Source of the DNA: Candidatus Bathyarchaeia archaeon
Lineage (GTDB): Archaea > Thermoproteota > Bathyarchaeia > 40CM-2-53-6
NCBI GenBank assembly: GCA_049513715.1
Contig: JBEKVV010000004.1
Coordinates: 96,001 to 160,000, forward strand
DNA length: 64,000 bases
Direction of reading: 5' to 3'
Within the stretch, counting starts at the first letter, position 1. Each line of letters opens with the position of its first letter. The position numbers and the translations under genes were made by a program. Of this stretch, positions 21,905-32,269 are shown piece by piece. The notes beneath the pieces were generated by a model. It ran no database searches. It was not told where the DNA came from and saw only the letters and a list, made by a program, of their open reading frames with translations.

Positions 21905-22053
21905 GCTGTCGAGAATCTCCTAGTTATATTCCAATGTGAGGTGAAATCCATCAGTTCTCACTCACTTCATAAGGCAGGTGGATTTGAAGATGAATGTAGA
22001 AATCGTACACACTGGAAATCCAAAGCGTTTAACTCAGCGCGTTCGCTAAATAT

Positions 22054-23865
22054 GTGGCCATGACTCTGGGTGGATATGCCAACCGGATCGCAAGAGTTAA
22101 CCTAACCCACAGCAAAGTCGATTATGAGCAGCCGAATGAAGAAGACCTGAAGAAGTACATTGGCGGCCGCGGGCTCGGCGTGAAATATGTTCTAGACAAC
22201 GGGCCAAAAGTGGAACCATTCTCTGAAGACAACATACTCTGCTTCATGACTGGACCTTTGGTGGGCAGCGAGGTTACGATGAGTGGCCGTATGGCCGTTG
22301 TCACGAAATCACCGCTAACAGGGACAGTGACGGATTCTCACCAAGGGGGTTGGTCAGGCGCACGGCTTCGATGGGCAGGCTTCGATGGAATAGTCTTCAG
22401 GGGTAGGGCGAAGAAACCGACCTACGCCTACATTGAGGACGGAAAGGTCACGTTGAAAGATGCATCCCACCTCTGGGGTAAGAACGTTCACGACACGGTC
22501 AAGGCGGTCAGGACGGAACACGGTGAACATGACACGAGTGTGGTCACCATAGGACACGCCGGAGAGAAACTGGTGAGGTTCGCTGCAATCATCAATGAGA
22601 ACGATCGTGCTTCTGGAAGAGGCGGCACGGGTGCAGTTATGGGATGGAAGAATCTGAAGTGCCTCGTAATCAAAGGCAGCATCAAAAACAAACCTACGCC
22701 CGCGCATCCAGATGAATTCAAAAATGCGGTAGCTGTCGCGAACACGGCCATCGTACAAGGAGCTGTGACTGCCCCCAGAAAGGGAGGTCTCTCTGTTTAT
22801 GGAACGGATGTACTCATGAACCTTGTCAATGAAATCGGCGCTCTTCCAACTAAGAATGCGCAATTGACGCAGTTCGACCATGCAGACCAGTTGAGCGGGG
22901 AAACCATAAAGGAGACGATTCTGGTCGGCGACCCGACCTGCCACGCCTGCCCTGTTGCATGCAAGAAAGAGGTAGAGGTGAAGGAGGGCAAGTATAAGGT
23001 CCACATGGAGAGCACTGAATACGAATCCATGTGGTCGCTTGGAGCCAACTGCGGGTGCAGCATCAAGGAGGCCGTTGCAAAGATGGTCTACCTGACCAAT
23101 GATTATGGAATGGATACGATCGAAACCGGCAACTGCCTCTCCGTCACAATGGAAGCAAGCGAACGCGGACTCATTCGCGACAAGGTTGAGTGGGGTAATG
23201 CGGATGCGATGATCGATCTCATTCACAAAATCGGGAAGAGGGAAGGTCTCGGTGACACTCTCGCGGAGGGCTGTTGGAGAGCCGCCAAAACCTTCGGGGA
23301 CGAAGGAATGGCCAACCAATCAAAGGGCCAAAGCATAGCGGCCTACGACCCGCGAGGCATGCAAGGGATGGGAATAGGATACGCCACATCCAATCGAGGA
23401 GCATGCCACCTCAGAGGATACACACCTGCAAGTGAAGTGCTCGGCGTACCCGGAAAGACAGACCCGCTCGGCTGGGAAGGCAAAGCAAAACTCCTAACGA
23501 TTTTCCAAGACCTACACGCCATCTCGGATTCATTCGACATCTGTAAGTTCAACGCGTTCTCAGAGGGAATTAACGAATACGTCGCGCAATTCAATGCCAT
23601 GACTGGTCTACAATTGGACGCGGATGGCCTGATGAAGGCTGGTGAAAGAATCTACAACCTAGAACGCTACTACAACAACTTATGCGGATTCACAGGCAAG
23701 GATGACTCGCTCCCGGAAAGATTCTTGAAGCGACCCGGTTCCGGGCCCGCTGCAGGTCATGTGTGCGAGCTCGATAAGATGAAGAAGGAGTACTACGAAG
23801 CCCGCGGTTGGGTTGACGGCGTGGTCCCCCAGCAGAAACTGCAAGAACTAGGAATAATCGCCTAA
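22054..23865 (+). CDS. aor: tungsten aldehyde:ferredoxin oxidoreductase (AOR family)
   Basis: YIGGRG, KSPLTG, GRGG.GAVMG.K, C..C...C, EYE, YDPR, RGACH. Confidence 0.93.
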   Translation: MAMTLGGYANRIARVNLTHSKVDYEQPNEEDLKKYIGGRGLGVKYVLDNGPKVEPFSEDNILCFMTGPLVGSEVTMSGRMAVVTKSPLTGTVTDSHQGGWSGARLRWAGFDGIVFRGRAKKPTYAYIEDGKVTLKDASHLWGKNVHDTVKAVRTEHGEHDTSVVTIGHAGEKLVRFAAIINENDRASGRGGTGAVMGWKNLKCLVIKGSIKNKPTPAHPDEFKNAVAVANTAIVQGAVTAPRKGGLSVYGTDVLMNLVNEIGALPTKNAQLTQFDHADQLSGETIKETILVGDPTCHACPVACKKEVEVKEGKYKVHMESTEYESMWSLGANCGCSIKEAVAKMVYLTNDYGMDTIETGNCLSVTMEASERGLIRDKVEWGNADAMIDLIHKIGKREGLGDTLAEGCWRAAKTFGDEGMANQSKGQSIAAYDPRGMQGMGIGYATSNRGACHLRGYTPASEVLGVPGKTDPLGWEGKAKLLTIFQDLHAISDSFDICKFNAFSEGINEYVAQFNAMTGLQLDADGLMKAGERIYNLERYYNNLCGFTGKDDSLPERFLKRPGSGPAAGHVCELDKMKKEYYEARGWVDGVVPQQKLQELGIIA

Positions 23866-23909
23866 CCCGCGTCCGCGAGTACCCACGGCCCGGATGTCAG
23901 CGTGTGTGC

Positions 23910-24191
23910 TCAGAAATTCTCCGCGTAGGGATAAATCAGTGTCAATCTGTCACCATCATGAAGCTCAACACCTAACCCTCCTACGAACTCTTGCGACCTC
24001 CCATTAACCAAGACTCTTGCCCACGGCCTCACTTCAGCACTCTCCGTCAAGATAATGTCTGAAATGTGATAGGCTTCAACGATTTCCTTTAACACAACCC
24101 CAAGCTTCCGCTCCGCTGAAACATGCTCTGACTCGCTTGCTCCTACACGTTGCCGTGCTATGCTGAGAAATTTGACAGTGACCGTTACCAT
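23910..24191 (-). CDS. MoaD/ThiS-like beta-grasp protein lacking C-terminal GG (paralogue of 21617-21904)
   Basis: VLVNGRS.EFVGGL..ELHDGD, ends IYPYAENF. Confidence 0.8.
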   Translation of the reverse strand: MVTVTVKFLSIARQRVGASESEHVSAERKLGVVLKEIVEAYHISDIILTESAEVRPWARVLVNGRSQEFVGGLGVELHDGDRLTLIYPYAENF

Positions 24192-24460
24192 GAAGGCATA
24201 ATCTCGAGTCTCTGGAAGCCAGAATCGGTTTACTGGACTCTAGAGGTTTAGTATTGTAGCGACGCCCAGAAAAAAACTGTTCGCAAACACATTCGCTCAT
24301 CTCTACCCACAAAACTAGCAACGCAAGTAACCTGTTGTCTCCCAAAAATGGGGTACACCCCACCCAAACAAGTCTGCGCGCGAAGCGAGGTTCCAACTCA
24401 TCGATATGCCCACTCGGTCAATGGTCTTTAATACCAATACGGCTTGAACAGTAAGGCCAG

Positions 24461-24949
24461 ATGTTCTTGGATCTTAAACAGACCGCTTTTGGCTTGGTTC
24501 TGCTGATTGTTTTCCTCCTCTTCCAATTCGGGGTCTTCAACCCCCTTGGCCCCTCAGCGTGGGTGCTAGGCGTTATCGTGCTCTCCGTGGTCTTCTTCTT
24601 AATGGGTAAAGTTACCATGCCGAAGAGGCAGCCACCTCAACTAGTGGAGGTTTGGCAGTTCGCAACAGCATTCGCAGTCATCGCGACCGTAATCATCGCC
24701 TACGCAAGCCCACTCATGCCTGCCATGATGTCGGCCTCAATGCCAAACTTGACGCCGCTCGTTCTGGGCTTGTGGCTCGTAATCTTCGGAGCCGCAACCT
24801 TCGTAACCGGCTGGACTGCGAAATGGGGCGTAACAACCGTGGTAGGCATAATCTGGCTATTCTCAGCATTCCACACAGTCTCCTACCTAGACTTCGCATT
24901 CCTCGTAGGTTTACCGTTCATCATCTACGGCCTAATCTCCAAGGGCTAA
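24461..24949 (+). CDS. hypothetical integral membrane protein
   Basis: About 6 hydrophobic segments. Confidence 0.75.
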   Translation: MFLDLKQTAFGLVLLIVFLLFQFGVFNPLGPSAWVLGVIVLSVVFFLMGKVTMPKRQPPQLVEVWQFATAFAVIATVIIAYASPLMPAMMSASMPNLTPLVLGLWLVIFGAATFVTGWTAKWGVTTVVGIIWLFSAFHTVSYLDFAFLVGLPFIIYGLISKG

Positions 24950-25221
24950 TTCTCTATTCGTTCTTGCTGGTTCGGGGTAGTTCGATCTCAGTGGTCTCCT
25001 TCGCCGTGTCAAAAACTAAGCACGTTTCCGTCCTATCAATCTCCTTAACGGTACGCAACTTCTCTGGAAGAAACCTTCCCGCACCCTGTGCCTAAAATGC
25101 GGATATGAGACAGGCGCCAAACTGAGTTAGCCACCCATCGCTAATGCCTCTAATGCCGTTTCCAACTAGCCCCAGAGGGGCCAATCTGATTCTTGTTGAG
25201 CTTCCTTAAGACTAAGGTGCC

Positions 25222-25455
25222 TTGGTTTCATTTCAGCAGGTAGGTGCTAACGTGAGCTTCTTGCGCGAAAGAGTGAGGGCGGTCCTTGATACGTTCGATA
25301 GTCTCCAAAGGCAGGCGGGGGCTGTTGAGAAAGAGGAACTAATATCCGCATTATCGGGAAGGGTTGAAGCTGACGAGGCCGTGGATATCATCGACAAACT
25401 ACTCAAAGAAGGCCTGATCTGCAGCCCTCGACCGGGTCTGCTAGAAAAGCCCTGA
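25222..25455 (+). CDS. small winged-helix protein resembling the MCM C-terminal domain
   Basis: IIDKLLKEGLICSPRPG resembles archaeal MCM C-terminus. Confidence 0.6.
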   Translation: MVSFQQVGANVSFLRERVRAVLDTFDSLQRQAGAVEKEELISALSGRVEADEAVDIIDKLLKEGLICSPRPGLLEKP

Positions 25456-25497
25456 CCTCAAGAAAACTTTGAGCCCTACTGAAGAAAGTTTTGTTGG

Positions 25498-25824
25498 CTA
25501 ATATCGTGGCATAGCCGGATCCACTTCGGCAGCCCACTCATCGATTCCACCCTTCAGGTTCTTCGCTCTGAAACCCATCCTTCGCAAATAGGCCGCAGCC
25601 CACGCACTTCGAACACCCGTATGGCAGTAAATCACACACTCACGCCTAGGATCCAATTCATGTACCCGATTCGGAATCTCACCCATCGGAATCAGCCTGC
25701 AACCCTCAATCCGGCACACTTGAAACTCATGCATTTCCCTAACGTCGATAAGGATTATCGTCTCTCCGTTGTCAAGCCGCTGTTTAAGCTCACGCACCGT
25801 AATCTCGTTCGCGCTGTTCGACAT
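25498..25824 (-). CDS. rhodanese-like domain protein
   Basis: LIDVRE, YCHTGVRS, NLKGGIDEW; resembles MoeZ C-terminal domain. Confidence 0.9.
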   Translation of the reverse strand: MSNSANEITVRELKQRLDNGETIILIDVREMHEFQVCRIEGCRLIPMGEIPNRVHELDPRRECVIYCHTGVRSAWAAAYLRRMGFRAKNLKGGIDEWAAEVDPAMPRY

Positions 25825-25896
25825 CGTAATATCGTTTCTCAAAGAAAACGTCTTAATATGCATACCCTCCGCTCGAAGAGCGAGTGGGCATATGCA

Positions 25897-27711
25897 TTGA
25901 CGTCAGCAGAATTGGGCAGACTTCCCCATTGGAACTTATCAAACGTATACCCGAGCCTTGAGTCCGAACAATTCAAGCGGGCAATCGTGGATCTGCAAAC
26001 TCAAGTCGATGTTATCGACACATATCTGAATGAACGCAAAATCTCCAGATCTTCCCCAGCCGCAAACGCGCTGGGAGCCAAGAATGCGATGGAGGGTTAC
26101 TTGGAGAAAGCGAACGCAGTTTACCGGCTGTTCGGCACTTTGACCGCTTACGTTGCGTCCTTCGTTACCACGGATTCCTACAACACCGCCGCCAAGAAGC
26201 TGGAATCTGAGCTTGAAACGCTCGGCGTGCGGCTCCGCAAACAGGACATCAAGTTCCAAGGCTGGATCGGCAGCGTCGCCAACACTCTACCACAAATCCT
26301 AACGCAACCAGGCTTAGCAAAGGAACACGCGTTCTACCTTAACGAAACCGCTCAGCAGAGCCGTTACATGATGAGTGACGCCGAGGAATCCTTGGCCGCG
26401 GAGCTTGATTTGAGTGGCGGAAACGCCTGGGGCAAACTGCAAGGCACCGTCTGTTCGCAACTCACCGTGAGCTTCGATTTACACGGAAGAACTCAGAAGC
26501 TACCGATCACAGCCCTCCAGAACCTAAACCACGACCATGACCCTGAAGTTCGCCGACGTGCCTACGAGGCAGAGCTAACCGCTTGGGAATCCGTACGCGA
26601 ATCACTCGCAGCCGCTTTGAACGGCGTCAAAGGCGAGGTAGTGATAGTTGACAAGCGCCGTGGCCGAACCGATGCACTCCACGCCTCACTCGACCGTTCA
26701 CGTTTAGATCGGGAAACACTCGAAGCAATGCTCAAAGTAATGCGTGACTCCTTTCCTATGTTCCGCCGCTACTTCAAAGCCAAAGCGAAACGGCTGGGGC
26801 ATCAGGGTGCGCTGCCATGGTGGGACCTCTTTGCCCCTGTAGGTAAGAGTGAGCGGCGCTACTCGTGGGATGAGGCGAAGCATTTCATTCTAACCCAATT
26901 CCGAACCTTCAGCGACCACCTGGCCGATCTGGCTCAGAGGGCATTTGAACATGATTGGGTTGATGCTGAGTCAAGAGATGGGAAGCGGGGCGGGGCGTTC
27001 TGCATGGGCGTCCCAGCTGTTGATGAGTCTCGCATATTGTGTAATTTCGACGGCTCATTAGACCAAGTATCAACGGTTGCCCATGAGCTTGGGCACGCGT
27101 TCCACAACGATTGCCAAGTGGGCAAAACCATCCTGCAAACCATCACTCCCATGACCGTCGCTGAAACAGCATCAATCTTTAACGAAACAATCATCACCAA
27201 CGCAGCACTAGCACAATCCAACGGGCCCGAAGAATCCCTGGCAATCCTGGAAGCGCAATTGGTTAATGCAAGCCAAATCGTTGTTGACATATCCTCAAGG
27301 TTCCTCTTTGAGAAGGAGGTTTTCGAGCGTCGCGAGAAATCGGAGTTGTCGGCAGATGATTTCTGTGAGATAATCCTACGCTGCCAGAGAGACACTTATG
27401 GTGATGGTCTCGACGAACACTACTTGCACAAGTACATGTGGGCGTGGAAGCCGCACTACTACAGCCCCTCATTCTCCTTCTACAACTATCCATACGCCTT
27501 CGGGTTACTCTTTGGAACAGGGCTCTATGCAATCTACAAGGAACGCGGCCGAGAGTTCACTAAAGATTATGAAACCCTGCTAGCCAGCACCGGTGAAAGA
27601 ACACCTGCAGAGCTCGCTGCCAGGTTCGGGATCGACATCCGCAAACCCGACTTCTGGCAGGGCAGCCTGAAGGTTATCGAGCAACAGATTCAGCATTACT
27701 TGAAGCTCTGA
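25897..27711 (+). CDS. pepF: oligoendopeptidase F (M3B)
   Basis: GKRGGAFC, AHELGHAFH, AETAS, FYNYPYAFG; start reassigned to TTG 25897. Confidence 0.92.
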   Translation: MTSAELGRLPHWNLSNVYPSLESEQFKRAIVDLQTQVDVIDTYLNERKISRSSPAANALGAKNAMEGYLEKANAVYRLFGTLTAYVASFVTTDSYNTAAKKLESELETLGVRLRKQDIKFQGWIGSVANTLPQILTQPGLAKEHAFYLNETAQQSRYMMSDAEESLAAELDLSGGNAWGKLQGTVCSQLTVSFDLHGRTQKLPITALQNLNHDHDPEVRRRAYEAELTAWESVRESLAAALNGVKGEVVIVDKRRGRTDALHASLDRSRLDRETLEAMLKVMRDSFPMFRRYFKAKAKRLGHQGALPWWDLFAPVGKSERRYSWDEAKHFILTQFRTFSDHLADLAQRAFEHDWVDAESRDGKRGGAFCMGVPAVDESRILCNFDGSLDQVSTVAHELGHAFHNDCQVGKTILQTITPMTVAETASIFNETIITNAALAQSNGPEESLAILEAQLVNASQIVVDISSRFLFEKEVFERREKSELSADDFCEIILRCQRDTYGDGLDEHYLHKYMWAWKPHYYSPSFSFYNYPYAFGLLFGTGLYAIYKERGREFTKDYETLLASTGERTPAELAARFGIDIRKPDFWQGSLKVIEQQIQHYLKL

Positions 27712-27765
27712 GGCAACCCCTTCCCTACTATTCACAATAATCTCGTTAGCGCGACGCAAAGTCTT

Positions 27766-28881
27766 ATGGCTGGGTGGTCGCGAGTTTGCAGAACTATGTT
27801 CAACTACGATGCCCTCGTAAGAAACGTTCTCAATTCAACCCTCAGCATCCAGCCTGGCGATGATGTAATCGTCGAGTCTTGGGACCACGGACTTCCCATC
27901 GCAGACGCATTCATTTACAGGTTGCGTGAATTGGGCGCTCACCCAATGCTACTATTCGAGCACGAAGAAACATTCTGGAAATCAGCGGAATCGCTTCCTG
28001 AAGAGAAGCTTGGGAAGGTTGGGGAACATGAGTGGGCGGCGATCGAGAAGGCCAAGGGATATGTCTTCATCACAGGGCCTGCCGATTTTCTTAGAATTTG
28101 GAAGAACCGGACAAAGTTCGGCGCGGCAACCGCCTACAATGAGGAATGGTACGAGAGGGCCAAACGATATCGGCTGAAAGCAGCACGCATAGCACTAGGG
28201 TACGCCACACAGCAACGCGCTCGCGCCTACAACATTCCACTCGCCGCTTGGCAGCGCATGCTGATTGCAGCCTCCACGGTGGACTTCACCGCGCTCAAGG
28301 AAAGGGTAGCGAAGTTCGGCTCCCTCATGCGGAGCGGCGATGTGAAACTCACAGCATCCAACGGCACAAACCTGAACCTTCGACTGAGCGGTCGGGATCC
28401 GTCCCGAGACGACTGCACCGTTGACGCGGAGGATCTTGATCGTGGCAAAAATGTTGCAAACATCCCAAGTGGCGACGTCCTAGCCTGCCCGGACGAGACA
28501 TATGCTGAGGGAACTGGCGCTTTTGATAGGCCAGCCCCGTTCATGGGCAAATGGGTTGGCGGAGTACGATTAGAGTTCAAGAATGGTCTGTTGTCGGATT
28601 ATCGAGGGCGTCTGAACGCTGAGCTCCTGAAAGCAAGCTATGACAAGGCCACTGGTGAGCGAGATAGGATTGCGGTCATTGGAGTTGGTGTGAATCCGAA
28701 GGCGAAGACTGGGTTCCTGCAAGACAGTCTAGCCCCCGGTGTCGTGACTGTGGGAATCGGGGGCAACGATGACATAGGCGGCGCCAACAAAACCGATTTC
28801 TATTTCGCCGGGGTTCTAACTAAGGCCACGTTAACTGTTGACGGCAAAGTTATCGTGGAGAACGGAAAACTCATTCTGTAA
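27766..28881 (+). CDS. M29 aminopeptidase-like protein with degenerate metal site
   Basis: GT.L.L, NIPSGDV..P, DGKVIVENGK fold motifs. Confidence 0.75.
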   Translation: MAGWSRVCRTMFNYDALVRNVLNSTLSIQPGDDVIVESWDHGLPIADAFIYRLRELGAHPMLLFEHEETFWKSAESLPEEKLGKVGEHEWAAIEKAKGYVFITGPADFLRIWKNRTKFGAATAYNEEWYERAKRYRLKAARIALGYATQQRARAYNIPLAAWQRMLIAASTVDFTALKERVAKFGSLMRSGDVKLTASNGTNLNLRLSGRDPSRDDCTVDAEDLDRGKNVANIPSGDVLACPDETYAEGTGAFDRPAPFMGKWVGGVRLEFKNGLLSDYRGRLNAELLKASYDKATGERDRIAVIGVGVNPKAKTGFLQDSLAPGVVTVGIGGNDDIGGANKTDFYFAGVLTKATLTVDGKVIVENGKLIL

Positions 28882-28926
28882 GCCAGATCGTCTGATTTCT
28901 CAAGAAAATACGTGATGTGAGCTCAG

Positions 28927-29487
28927 CTGGTCGAGAAAGAAACTGCAGTTCTGAACCGAAGGATTCTTTTCAGAGAGTTTCTAATCGCTCTAGTCCCCAT
29001 CACAGCGCTCATCGCCGCTTTGGCGTCCAGAAGTCTGGTGTTGCTCGATTATGTTCATGTGATAACCGGCGGAACGTGGACGGGGATAGACCTCTTCATG
29101 GGACTGGTGATGACTAGGATCATGCGTTCTCTGCCAATCCCACAAAGAGTGGCCATCGCCAGTCGTCTGACGCCTAAGACTCTCTTCCTCCTACCCTCAC
29201 TTGCATCAACCGCAATAACTGCTGGCGTCTACATGGCAATGGCCGAAGGCGTATTCAGCTTCCACTCGCCCTGGATCGTGGCAGCGATAGTCGTAGTGAC
29301 CATACTAACAGTGCAAGGCTTCGGGCTCCTAATGCCAAACAGCATCAGAATCCTCCTAGAAATTCGCAAAGGAAACCCCGACACGGAGAAGATAGCTCGG
29401 TTGAACTTGAGAAACCTCAGGGTCTCGGGAAGCCAAGCAGCCTTTCAGATTGCGATAATATTCATCATGGCCAACCTCGCAATCTGA
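28927..29487 (+). CDS. membrane protein (probable CTG start at 28927)
   Basis: Frame open from CTG 28927 adds an N-terminal TM helix; YVHV..G..W.G.DLF motif. Confidence 0.7.
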   Translation: MVEKETAVLNRRILFREFLIALVPITALIAALASRSLVLLDYVHVITGGTWTGIDLFMGLVMTRIMRSLPIPQRVAIASRLTPKTLFLLPSLASTAITAGVYMAMAEGVFSFHSPWIVAAIVVVTILTVQGFGLLMPNSIRILLEIRKGNPDTEKIARLNLRNLRVSGSQAAFQIAIIFIMANLAI

Positions 29488-29500
29488 GTGGCCCAGTGCC

Positions 29501-29995
29501 TTAAGATTGATTTTTCTCTCCGGGCTTCGTTTTCCCAAACGGAAGCCGTTTGAGCACCTCGACAACCTCATGCGTATGCTCCGTAACGTCCACGTTCGTG
29601 AAGACCTTGGCAATTCGGCCCTCTCTGTCGATTATGAATGTTGTTCTTTCGGCATACGAGCCATCTTCACTCAGAACCCCGTAAGCCTTCGAGATCCGCT
29701 TCTCATGGTCGCTGACGAGGGGAAAGTTCAGACTGTTTTTCTCGGCGAATTTCTTGTGGGAATCGACGGCGTCGACGCTAACGCCAATGACCTCAGTCCA
29801 GAGAGCGGTTATCGATTGTAATTTGTCTCTGAAACTGCAGGCTTCAATTGTGCAACCTTTGGTATCATCCTTCGGGTAGAAGTATAGTACCACGTTCTTC
29901 TTTCCGAGGTAGTCTTTGAGTCGGATCTGGGTGTCAGTGGATGTTGACCCCTCGAAATCAGGTGCCATATCACCGGCTTTCAGTTTTGCTTCCAC
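29501..29995 (-). CDS. bcp: peroxiredoxin BCP/PrxQ
   Basis: YFYPKDDTKGCTIEAC. Confidence 0.93.
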   Translation of the reverse strand: MEAKLKAGDMAPDFEGSTSTDTQIRLKDYLGKKNVVLYFYPKDDTKGCTIEACSFRDKLQSITALWTEVIGVSVDAVDSHKKFAEKNSLNFPLVSDHEKRISKAYGVLSEDGSYAERTTFIIDREGRIAKVFTNVDVTEHTHEVVEVLKRLPFGKTKPGEKNQS

Positions 29996-30123
29996 AGCTG
30001 TTCCCTGCTCTCCAATTCTATAGCTACGAACGCCAATGCCTTGCCGCGTTTATCACGCTTGCTCTGAAATGGGACTTGGCAAATTGCGGGGCGCGTCCTT
30101 AATCAGTACATGTAACAACTAAT

Positions 30124-30921
30124 GTGTTGGGTAATTTGCGAACGTCCACTTTTCCCGCAATCTATTTGCTGATTCTGCTTTTTGTTAGTGGGACCTTGAT
30201 GACGGCGGCCGCTGTTGACCCTTCGCGGGAGTTCGGGGGAGTCTTCTATTTTCACTATGGATCTCAGTTGTACCGGAATCAGAATGCATCGATCACACTC
30301 CTTGAAGAAGCAAATCTTACCTCTCCCGTAGGGGTCACCCCTCAAGTGGTTGAGGTGGCTTCTGATATTCGCAATGCGACGTCGGTCTTCGGGTCGATTT
30401 GGGTTGGGACGGTGGCTTGGGTTACTCAGCCTCTGGTTCAGTCAACATCAATCCAAGGCCCGGTAGTGTTCGCCGTTTGGTTATCCAGCGACGACTCGGC
30501 CCCATCTTTCTCAGGCGTGGGAGCAGGCATTGCCATCTTGAATCAGCAGAATGAAACCGTGGGAGACTACGATTATACATACTCATACGCCGAGGGAAGC
30601 ATTCTAACCCCCACTCCTAAAGAGTACGATTTCACAGTTGATTGGAACAGGCATGTTGACACTGACCAGAGGCTGGTTTTCGCGGTCGGCGTCGGGTCCA
30701 CGATGGAGGGCTGGCGAATGAAAGTGTACTATGGCGCAGCAGAATACCCCAGTCACACCCAGCTACCAATATCCATGTTGGTCATTCCGGAGTTCACTCA
30801 ACCCATTATGCTTCTAACCGTAGTTTGCGCAATTGTCGTCACATTCGGTGCAGCCCAAAGGGAATCTAACAGGTACGGCGATGAGTCTCAATGTTCCGGG
30901 GCATCGCTAAACGTAAAGTGA
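30124..30921 (+). CDS. secreted protein with PEF-CTERM-like anchor
   Basis: N-terminal hydrophobic signal; VIPEF followed by TM helix. Confidence 0.65.
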   Translation: MLGNLRTSTFPAIYLLILLFVSGTLMTAAAVDPSREFGGVFYFHYGSQLYRNQNASITLLEEANLTSPVGVTPQVVEVASDIRNATSVFGSIWVGTVAWVTQPLVQSTSIQGPVVFAVWLSSDDSAPSFSGVGAGIAILNQQNETVGDYDYTYSYAEGSILTPTPKEYDFTVDWNRHVDTDQRLVFAVGVGSTMEGWRMKVYYGAAEYPSHTQLPISMLVIPEFTQPIMLLTVVCAIVVTFGAAQRESNRYGDESQCSGASLNVK

Positions 30922-31018
30922 ATTTCAGAAATTTCGAGTGCCCGAAATTGTGCGGTGTGTGCGTCTAAGAGTTTACATATCGGGGTCGAGTTGGCAAGGA
31001 GAATCGGGCAGGCTAAAC

Positions 31019-32095
31019 TTGGACAATCGTTCTGGGTTGTCAAAGGTTACGATTTGCATGCTGACAATCGTGTTGGCAATTGCGTTATTCCTGCCCTTGA
31101 ACGTTCATGCGTCAGCTGGTAACCGAGCAGCCCCGCTCTCAGCAACAACCCTAGTGCCCTCCGGGATTGGCGCTAACACATCTCTTCCAACAGCCCAAGC
31201 TCCTACTACGAGAGACATTATTGTTGAGTGGATGAAGACTCAATCCGGGCAAGATAGGTTCAATCCTGAATTCATCATTGTAACCCAAATGGATACCGTG
31301 AACTTGGTATTCATCAACAACGATACGGTTGCGCACGACTTTGTGATAGGGCCTCCGTACAACATACTCGTGAACGCTTCAGTTCCTGGGCTGTACGATG
31401 ACGTGACCGGGCAGAAAATCACCACGCCGGCACTTCGCAATTCCCCCGGCGTAGTGGTCACAGGCACACCTGGAAATGTTTCAGCGTCGTACTCATTCGT
31501 GGCAAGATACGCTGGCATTTTCCAGTACGTGTGCACTTACCACATTGAGGTCGGTATGATTGGTTACCTGGTAGTATTAGCGCCTACATCTCCCAGTTCA
31601 GGTCAAACCCAACCCAACGCTACCACCCAAGCGGGGCAAAGCCCCAACACAGTGCAGGTCAGCATCGACGCCGGATCCGGCGTCAACACCAACTTACCAG
31701 GCTATACGCCTGCGGACATTACGGTTGTAATCGGCGTAAACAACACGGTCGTGTGGGCTAATAACGACGACATGCCGCACACCGTGACCGCCCTCGACGG
31801 CAGTTTCGATTCTGCGAACCTGAATCCCGGCAAACCGTTCGTCCACACCTTCACCAATCCGGGGGTATTCGCCTACACGTGTATGTACCATCGTTGGATG
31901 AATGGGACCGTGACTGTTCTGGGTGGGGCGGGCAGTTCGCCAGTTCAGGGGTCTGGGGATTTCACGGTGGTCTTAACGGGGCATGAGATCTACGGAATAA
32001 TGGCCTTCGCAATAGTCATCATATTCGGGCTGATGCTAGTCTTCACGAAAACAAGGCATAAGGACCAGCAACCGTCGTCTGGCACCGTTGGCTGA
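31019..32095 (+). CDS. membrane-anchored protein with two cupredoxin (type-1 copper) domains
   Basis: HDF...CTYHIEVGM and PHTV...CMYHRWM; signal peptide and C-terminal TM. Confidence 0.85.
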   Translation: MDNRSGLSKVTICMLTIVLAIALFLPLNVHASAGNRAAPLSATTLVPSGIGANTSLPTAQAPTTRDIIVEWMKTQSGQDRFNPEFIIVTQMDTVNLVFINNDTVAHDFVIGPPYNILVNASVPGLYDDVTGQKITTPALRNSPGVVVTGTPGNVSASYSFVARYAGIFQYVCTYHIEVGMIGYLVVLAPTSPSSGQTQPNATTQAGQSPNTVQVSIDAGSGVNTNLPGYTPADITVVIGVNNTVVWANNDDMPHTVTALDGSFDSANLNPGKPFVHTFTNPGVFAYTCMYHRWMNGTVTVLGGAGSSPVQGSGDFTVVLTGHEIYGIMAFAIVIIFGLMLVFTKTRHKDQQPSSGTVG

Positions 32096-32269
32096 GGAAG
32101 GTTCGCAACACTAGCTAATTCGTTTGTTATTGTTCTTCTGGGCTTGCTTGGTCTGAGTCCGCGTTTTTCCATGGTGAGTATTGGAAGAGGTAGTGGCGCA
32201 TGAAGTTCTGTTGCGAGGTTCCCTTCAACTCCGAAATCTCCCGCACCTTTACCCACAAAGGCGCAAAAT

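Noticed and set aside
22354..23319. 321-aa antisense ORF and similar shadow ORFs
   Set aside because: Lies opposite well-supported genes (here aor) and has no motifs.
28917..28940. AGCTCAGCTGGTCGAG resembling a tRNA D-arm
   Set aside because: No acceptor or T arm nearby; coincides with the start of a membrane-protein gene.
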